This document shows, in pieces, positions 58,552 through 64,000 of a DNA stretch of 64,000 nt. Location: positions 23,394-87,393 of the forward strand of contig NZ_JALDYF010000017.1 in the NCBI RefSeq assembly GCF_032154225.1. Reading direction: 5' to 3'. The stretch's first letter is position 1. The number at the start of each line of letters is the position of its first letter. The stretch comes from Psychrobacillus sp. (GTDB taxonomy: Bacteria > Bacillota > Bacilli > Bacillales_A > Planococcaceae). A model generated the notes under the pieces. The model saw nothing but the letters and a program-made list of their open reading frames with translations, was not told the origin of the DNA and ran no database searches. A program made the position numbers and the translations under genes.

Positions 58552-59448
58552 TTAATGAATATCCATGTTTGGATCTAATGCATCTCTTAATCCATCTCCT
58601 ACTACGTTAAAAGCAAAAACCGTTAACATAATTGCAATACCTGGAATAATCGTTAAATGCGGAGATGTCCACATAAAGTTTTGCCCTTGTGAAATCATCG
58701 CACCCCATTCTGGTGATGGTGGTTGTGCACCTAATCCTAAATAACTTAGTGAAGCGGTAGATAATATCGCAGTTCCCATTCTCATCGTCGCAAATACAAT
58801 AATTGGTGCTGTTGCATTCGGTAATATATGTCGAATCATTATGCGAAGGTCTGATGCTCCTAGTGATTTTAACGCCATAATATACTCTTTTTGCTTAATC
58901 GACAAAACCGAGCCTCGAACAATACGCGCACAACTTGGAATGGACCAAATACTAATTGCAATTGCTACATTTATAAGACTAGTACCTAAAATCGCAATGA
59001 TTAACATCGCCAATAAAATACCTGGAAATGAAAACAGTAAGTCTACAATCCGCATAATAATTCCATCTAGCTTCTTATAATAACCACCTAACAATCCAAG
59101 TACGATACCTCCGATAAGTCCAAGTGAAACTGCAGTAAACCCTACAAGTAATGAAATCCTTGCACCGTGTACAATTCGTGACCATACATCTCGTCCGTAG
59201 TTATCAGTGCCTAGCCAGTGACCTTCTGAAAACATTGGCAATTCACTTGCAACTAGGTTTTGCTTTATCGGATCGTGCGTTGCAATAAGTGGTGCAAACA
59301 CCGCCATCCCAATCTGACAAAGGATTATGATAATACCTATGACTGCCAGCTTGTTTTTCAAAAGTCGTTTTAATGTTGTGACGTAGTTTTTTTCTTTTTT
59401 TCTCTTCACAGATGTTTTGACATCCGTTACTAAAACCGTGTTCGTCAT
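58552..59448 (-). CDS. peptide ABC transporter permease (OppC/DppC-like)
   Basis: Start at MTNTVLV after GGAAGGAGG. EAA-like loop SLGASDLRIMIRHILPN. Confidence 0.8.
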   Translation of the reverse strand: MTNTVLVTDVKTSVKRKKEKNYVTTLKRLLKNKLAVIGIIIILCQIGMAVFAPLIATHDPIKQNLVASELPMFSEGHWLGTDNYGRDVWSRIVHGARISLLVGFTAVSLGLIGGIVLGLLGGYYKKLDGIIMRIVDLLFSFPGILLAMLIIAILGTSLINVAIAISIWSIPSCARIVRGSVLSIKQKEYIMALKSLGASDLRIMIRHILPNATAPIIVFATMRMGTAILSTASLSYLGLGAQPPSPEWGAMISQGQNFMWTSPHLTIIPGIAIMLTVFAFNVVGDGLRDALDPNMDIH

Positions 59449-59464
59449 AAGGAACCTCCTTCCA

Positions 59465-60406
59465 TCAGTCGTAGCTAATTCGTGGATCAATAAATGTGTA
59501 GATTATATCTACAAGTAAGTTAACAACTACAAACAATGTCGCTACTAGTAACACGGAAGCTTGAACCATTGGGAAATCCCTCATTGCAATTGCATCGACC
59601 ATTAGTCGACCTACCCCATTTATCGCAAAAACTTTTTCTGTAATAATCGTTCCACCAAGTAAAGCACCAAAGTTTAAACCAATGACTGTAATAACTGGAA
59701 TCATCGCATTTTTTAATGTATGTACCCATATTACCGTGCCTTCTTTTACCCCTTTGGCTCTAGCCGTTCTTACATAGTCAGCTTTAATCACTTCTAAAAT
59801 GGATGATCTTGTCATTCGAGCAATCATTGCAGCTGAGCCTGTTCCAAGAGTAATTGCCGGAAGTATTAATTGTTTAAAGCCCTCTGTTGTATAAAAGGGA
59901 GCTGATAACCCTCCGACTGGAAGCCATTGCAAATTGACGGAAAAGATTAAAATAAGTATCGCTCCTAACCAGAAGTTAGGAATTGAAATTCCTGCGAGTG
60001 CAAAAGTTGTCGATGTTACATCTAACCAGGAATTATGTTTCAAAGCTGATATTAATCCAGCTATTATTCCGATAATTATTGCCACAACCATACTTGCAAT
60101 TGCGAGCTTTAATGTATTTGGAAAACGTATAGCAATAGCTTCAGATACAGATTGTTTCGACTGATACGAATAGCCAAAATCTCCTTGTACCGCATTTTTC
60201 ACATATCGACCATATTGAACGAGGAAAGGATCATTCAAACCTAAGTTGTCTCGAATGGCTTCTAAATCCGATTCCGTCGCAGTAGGTCCACCGACCATAG
60301 TTGCTGGATCCCCCGGGGCTATGTACATCGATGAAAAGACAAGAAATGAAATACCAAGTAATAAAAATACAAGTTGTACGCCCCTTCGTACGATTAAAGC
60401 AATCAT
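59465..60406 (-). CDS. peptide ABC transporter permease (OppB/DppB-like)
   Basis: Start at MIALIVRRGVQLVFLLLGISFLVF. YVRTARAKG motif. Confidence 0.8.
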   Translation of the reverse strand: MIALIVRRGVQLVFLLLGISFLVFSSMYIAPGDPATMVGGPTATESDLEAIRDNLGLNDPFLVQYGRYVKNAVQGDFGYSYQSKQSVSEAIAIRFPNTLKLAIASMVVAIIIGIIAGLISALKHNSWLDVTSTTFALAGISIPNFWLGAILILIFSVNLQWLPVGGLSAPFYTTEGFKQLILPAITLGTGSAAMIARMTRSSILEVIKADYVRTARAKGVKEGTVIWVHTLKNAMIPVITVIGLNFGALLGGTIITEKVFAINGVGRLMVDAIAMRDFPMVQASVLLVATLFVVVNLLVDIIYTFIDPRISYD

Positions 60407-60454
60407 AATTTCCCCCACTTCCTTTCGAATGTTAACTATTTTTTCGTTTTTGGT

Positions 60455-60470
60455 TAACAAACGTTTGTTA
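60455..60470. promoter_or_regulatory. perfect 16-bp palindrome upstream of the peptide transporter operon
   Basis: TAACAAAC|GTTTGTTA lies 49-64 bp upstream of the first permease start codon. Confidence 0.4.
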
Positions 60471-60775
60471 TTTGTTAATTGTGATTATAAAACAATTAAA
60501 TACAAAAAGCTACATGAATATTCAAATTAATTTATATTTTTTGATTTTCATTACATTTAGAATATTTTAAATCCATTATCAATTACGTTTTGCATATAAA
60601 ATGACCATTTTTTATACACTTTGTCCATATTCATCCTATAATTACTGAAACCGTTTTCAATCACTTCGAGTATAGAAGTAAATAAAATAAAAAAACCGGG
60701 CAAAATGACGCCCGATTCTTTAAAGGTAAAACATTTTAACGACACAATTTCCGGCTCGCTCCAGGCTTCACATTA

Positions 60776-60863
60776 GTCCATACGATGAACGGTTAAATTT
60801 TTAAAGCTTGTTGGAATTGGCTGCGCCGCTTCCAACAAGCTTTTTCATCGGTCATCGTATGGC
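60776..60863. repeat. long imperfect hairpin element
   Basis: Perfect 14-bp inner stem aaagcttgttggaa/ttccaacaagcttt (60803-60816/60830-60843), plus outer arms ccatacgatgaacgg / cggtcatcgtatgg. Confidence 0.6.
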
Positions 60864-61081
60864 AAATGTTCACCTTCCGCTCGCCAGAAACTTCAGAGCC
60901 AAGTAGTTAAATACTTTTGGCAAAAGAAGAAGCAAGTAACATTCTATATCTTTTGAAACCGCCAAAGATGCAATTTTGGCGGTTCTTGTATGTTTTTACA
61001 AAGTGACACTTCTACATTTGAACAGAAAGTGGAGAAGTAGATGACAAATTTACTTTGTACAAAAATTGTTGGTCTATTTAT

Positions 61082-61336
61082 AACTAGAAGTGTTGATGAA
61101 TTTCTTCTCTTCTTATATAAAATGGCTTAAGTAGAAGGTGCATGAATACATTTCCATATGCAGGAAGGATGTAGTGAAAAGCGGCGACACCAGTGGGAAA
61201 AGCGCGAGTTGAAAACCCTGGACTGAGTGGAGCGAAACTTTGTTTTGCGACTAGTAACCGCAGGAGCACAGGAAGCGGCTGAAGCCGTGCCCCACGGTAC
61301 GCGTCCGCTTGTAACGAAATCCACTCCCTATCCTTT
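61082..61336. repeat. GC-rich structured intergenic element, possibly a B. cereus-group bcr-type repeat/MITE
   Basis: Bounded by TTTAT at 61077-61081 and 61337-61341. Much higher GC than the surroundings, with nested stems (aagcgg...ccgctt, ccgtg-cccc-acgg, gagtgga...tccactc). Confidence 0.4.
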
Positions 61337-61346
61337 TTTATTCTTT

Positions 61347-61385
61347 CAAAAAAACCAAGACATTCTCTTATGGAATGTCTTGGTT
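61347..61385 (-). terminator. terminator of the Lrp/AsnC gene
   Basis: accaagacattc / gaatgtcttggt forms a 12-bp stem followed by a T-run on the minus strand. Confidence 0.75.
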
Positions 61386-61394
61386 TCTCTATTT

Positions 61395-61844
61395 TTATAA
61401 CTTTAAGCCGCTTCTGCTTTTAAATCTTCTTAGCAAAATGTGACTCTCTACTCTAGTAATACCTTCCAATGCATAAAGCTCTTCATTGATAAACTTTTCC
61501 AGACTTACAAAATCATCTACCAGCACATGCATATGTAAGGTTGATGGTCCGGTCATTTGGTAACAACTTGAGACACTCGGATTATTCGAGAGTTTTTCAG
61601 CAACTTCAACAAGTGAAGATGGCTCACAATCTACTTCGAAAAAACCTGAAACCCCTTTTCCAACCTTTTCCGAATTAATAACAACAGTAAATCTCTCAAT
61701 TACTCCATCCTCTTGTAATTGATGCACACGCTCTCGAACAGCAACCCTTGATAAGTTTAGCTCTTTGCCAATATCCACATAAGACAAACGTCCATTCGCG
61801 GTTAATAGCTCTAAGATACGTCTATCAGTAGCATCTAGCCTCAT
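61395..61844 (-). CDS. Lrp/AsnC-family transcriptional regulator
   Basis: MRLDATDRRILELLTANGRLSYVDIGKELNLSRVAVRERVHQLQEDGVI HTH plus a C-terminal RAM-type domain. Confidence 0.85.
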   Translation of the reverse strand: MRLDATDRRILELLTANGRLSYVDIGKELNLSRVAVRERVHQLQEDGVIERFTVVINSEKVGKGVSGFFEVDCEPSSLVEVAEKLSNNPSVSSCYQMTGPSTLHMHVLVDDFVSLEKFINEELYALEGITRVESHILLRRFKSRSGLKL

Positions 61845-61991
61845 ACAAATTACACCCACTTTCTCCCATGTAATGATATTATACGAGATACTCTTTCATA
61901 TGGGAAGTACATTTAATAATTTGCCGACAATATGTAATCAATTTAATCGGAATATCCCCGATAGTAAGGTTTACATAAATTAATTTATAAA

Positions 61992-62045
61992 AATCGACCG
62001 ATTATTCATGGGATTCAACCGATTTCCCCAGCTATTCGACCGATT
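61992..62045 (+). repeat. three ATTC(G/A)ACCGATT boxes at exact 21-bp spacing
   Basis: aATCGACCGATT (61992), ATTCAACCGATT (62013) and ATTCGACCGATT (62034). Confidence 0.75.
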
Positions 62046-62059
62046 CTACTTTTCTCCAA

Positions 62060-62087
62060 CAAAAAAACACCATGAGTCCATGGTGTT
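62060..62087 (-). terminator. glmM terminator
   Basis: acaccatg-agtc-catggtgt followed by a T7 run on the minus strand. Confidence 0.8.
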
Positions 62088-62102
62088 TTCGCTTCACTTA
62101 TT

Positions 62103-63455
62103 TTATTCAACTAAGCCCATTTCTGCTCTTACTACGTCAGCAATGCGATTCACATAGTTTTCGCAATCTTCTTCTGTAACTGCTTCTACCATGACACGCA
62201 CAAGTGGCTCTGTACCAGAAGGGCGCACAAGCACACGGCCATTGCCAGCCATTTCTGCTTCTACTTCACTAATCATTGCAGCTACTTTATCATTTTGCGT
62301 TACGCCATTTTTATCTGTAACGCGGATATTAACTAGTCTTTGTGGGAAAATGGTCATTTCAGATGCTAGTTCTGAAAGTTTTTTCCCAGTAATTTTCATA
62401 ATATTTACTAGTTGTAAACCTGTTAATAAGCCATCGCCAGTCGTATTATAGTCTAAGAATACGATATGTCCTGACTGTTCTCCACCTAGGTTAAAGCCAT
62501 TCTTTTTCATCTCTTCTACCACATAACGATCACCAACTGCTGTTTTCACGCTTGTCATTGCATGCTCTTCTAACGCTTTATAGAAGCCCATGTTACTCAT
62601 AACAGTCGAAACAACCGTATTATTGTTTAAACGACCTTCTGCGTTTAGATGCTTTGCACAAATATACATAATTTGGTCTCCATCTACGATCGTTCCCTTT
62701 TCATCTACTGCGATTAAGCGGTCTCCATCTCCATCAAATGCTAGTCCGACGTTTGCACCTTTTTCCAATACAAATTTCGCTAACCCTTCTGGATGTGTCG
62801 AGCCCACGCCTTCATTAATATTTAAACCATTTGGTGAAGCTCCCATTGTCGACAAGTCTGCTTCTAAATCTGCAAATAAATGTGTCGCAAGAGATGATGT
62901 TGCTCCATTTGCACAGTCTAATGCAACATGGATTCCATCGAATTCTTCATCAATTGATTGTTTCAAATACTGAATATATTTTTGTCCACCTTCAAAATAA
63001 TCTGATACAGTTCCAACGCCTGCTCCTGTTGGACGTGGAAGCTCATCTACAGCAGCGTCTAATAGCTGCTCAAATTCCGCTTCTTGTTCGTCTGAAAGTT
63101 TAAACCCATCCGAGCCAAAAAACTTAATCCCGTTATCAGCTACTGGATTATGAGATGCTGAAATCATCACACCTGCTTCTGCACTCATCACTCTTGTTAA
63201 ATAAGATACCCCTGGAGTACTAATAACACCAAGACGCATTACTTCCACACCAACAGAAAGAAGTCCTGCTACAAGAGCACCTTCTAGCATATGACCAGAT
63301 ATGCGTGTATCGCGACCAATTATAACTTTCGCACGATTTTCAGCATCCTTTGTTAAAATATACCCACCAACACGACCTAATTTGAATGCAAGCTCTGGTG
63401 TTAACTCTGAGTTTGCAACACCTCTAACACCGTCTGTACCAAAATATTTACCCAT
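62103..63455 (-). CDS. glmM: phosphoglucosamine mutase
   Basis: [15 protein letters not shown], active-site SASHNP and GDGDR motifs. Confidence 0.95.
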   Translation of the reverse strand: MGKYFGTDGVRGVANSELTPELAFKLGRVGGYILTKDAENRAKVIIGRDTRISGHMLEGALVAGLLSVGVEVMRLGVISTPGVSYLTRVMSAEAGVMISASHNPVADNGIKFFGSDGFKLSDEQEAEFEQLLDAAVDELPRPTGAGVGTVSDYFEGGQKYIQYLKQSIDEEFDGIHVALDCANGATSSLATHLFADLEADLSTMGASPNGLNINEGVGSTHPEGLAKFVLEKGANVGLAFDGDGDRLIAVDEKGTIVDGDQIMYICAKHLNAEGRLNNNTVVSTVMSNMGFYKALEEHAMTSVKTAVGDRYVVEEMKKNGFNLGGEQSGHIVFLDYNTTGDGLLTGLQLVNIMKITGKKLSELASEMTIFPQRLVNIRVTDKNGVTQNDKVAAMISEVEAEMAGNGRVLVRPSGTEPLVRVMVEAVTEEDCENYVNRIADVVRAEMGLVE

Positions 63456-63493
63456 TCTTATCTTCTCTCCTTAAAAGCCAGTTGTACTTTACA

Positions 63494-64000
63494 TTAAGCT
63501 TCTTTTATCGTTAGTTTCACTTCGGACTTAGACATTTCCAATTCTACGTCTGTGATGACATTCATTTTTATCGGAAATGTTTTTTCACCTATAGTAGCAT
63601 CATTTGCATCTACATATAGAGCAATATCGCTCGTTTTAATCTTATCTAATGCTTCTGGTGTTCCTTTTGCTATTACTGTCACAATGCCATCTGTAGATGT
63701 TTCAAATTCACTTATTAGTTGCTCTGGGAGATTCCTTACTTCGACCGATATTTGATCAAATGTTTTCGTACTAAGACCTGAAACAGATTCTTCATCTATA
63801 TCTGGTTCTTCAATAGGTGCAGGTGTCACATCCCCAATCACTTTTAACTTGTCTAAGGACATTTTCGTTACACCTTCCGGAAGTACTAGCTTCGTCTCAA
63901 ACTCACCTGACTGCTCTAGCTTACTCACGTCAACCTCTACATTTAGCTGCTCCATTTTATCTAGTATTATGCGGGGACCAAATAGACGAATCTTTTCGAC
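63494..64000 (-). CDS. cdaR: CdaR/YbbR-domain regulator of diadenylate cyclase, C-terminal part (5' end outside window)
   Basis: Repeated YbbR-like beta-rich segments immediately upstream of glmM, as in the Bacillus cdaA-cdaR-glmM operon. The frame continues to the window edge. Confidence 0.7.
   Translation of the reverse strand, partial: VEKIRLFGPRIILDKMEQLNVEVDVSKLEQSGEFETKLVLPEGVTKMSLDKLKVIGDVTPAPIEEPDIDEESVSGLSTKTFDQISVEVRNLPEQLISEFETSTDGIVTVIAKGTPEALDKIKTSDIALYVDANDATIGEKTFPIKMNVITDVELEMSKSEVKLTIKEA

Noticed and set aside
61084-61324. Two overlapping minus-strand ORFs (61 and 65 aa)
   Set aside because: They lie inside the GC-rich structured repeat element, with no RBS. This is typical of spurious ORFs in repeat DNA.

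Overview
This looks like a Bacillus cereus-group chromosomal segment. The cdaR(partial)-glmM genes sit at the right edge and glmS, with its ribozyme leader, at 49.9-51.9 kb. The main feature is a complete 18,757-bp Tn7-like transposon (31097..49853) inserted in attTn7, 21-25 nt downstream of the glmS stop codon. It has TGT/ACA termini, imperfect terminal inverted repeats, arrays of 20-bp TnsB-type repeats and a 5-bp target-site duplication (ACACA). It encodes tnsA-tnsB-tnsC-tnsD. These are followed by a truncated TniQ paralog and a tyrosine-recombinase-like protein with Gln where the first catalytic Arg is expected, which may form a second target-selection module. Cargo lies on both sides of the tns operon. 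The left side carries an unknown ORF and a stand-alone OLD-family ATPase-Toprim nuclease. The right side, unusually placed between tnsA and the right end, carries a Gabija-like OLD nuclease plus UvrD-like helicase pair. It also carries a 153-aa protein that is about 63% tandem octapeptide repeat (G-[LM]-S-T-[SA]-Q-Y-G, 12 units), a short Shedu-like (DUF4263-type) nuclease and a small zinc-ribbon protein. The rest of the window is ordinary but decay-rich accessory chromosome. It contains a gerA-type germinant receptor operon, a BlaI/BlaR1-like pair, an ECF sigma/anti-sigma pair, PadR modules and an ABC-F gene with a leader attenuator. It also contains pirin, cwlJ, a duplicated DUF418 gene with one decayed copy, several pseudogenes, split chromate transporters, a GGT-family gene and a five-gene peptide ABC importer. 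Several intergenic repeat families are present. All functional calls come from reading motifs in the supplied translations by eye; no database search was run.
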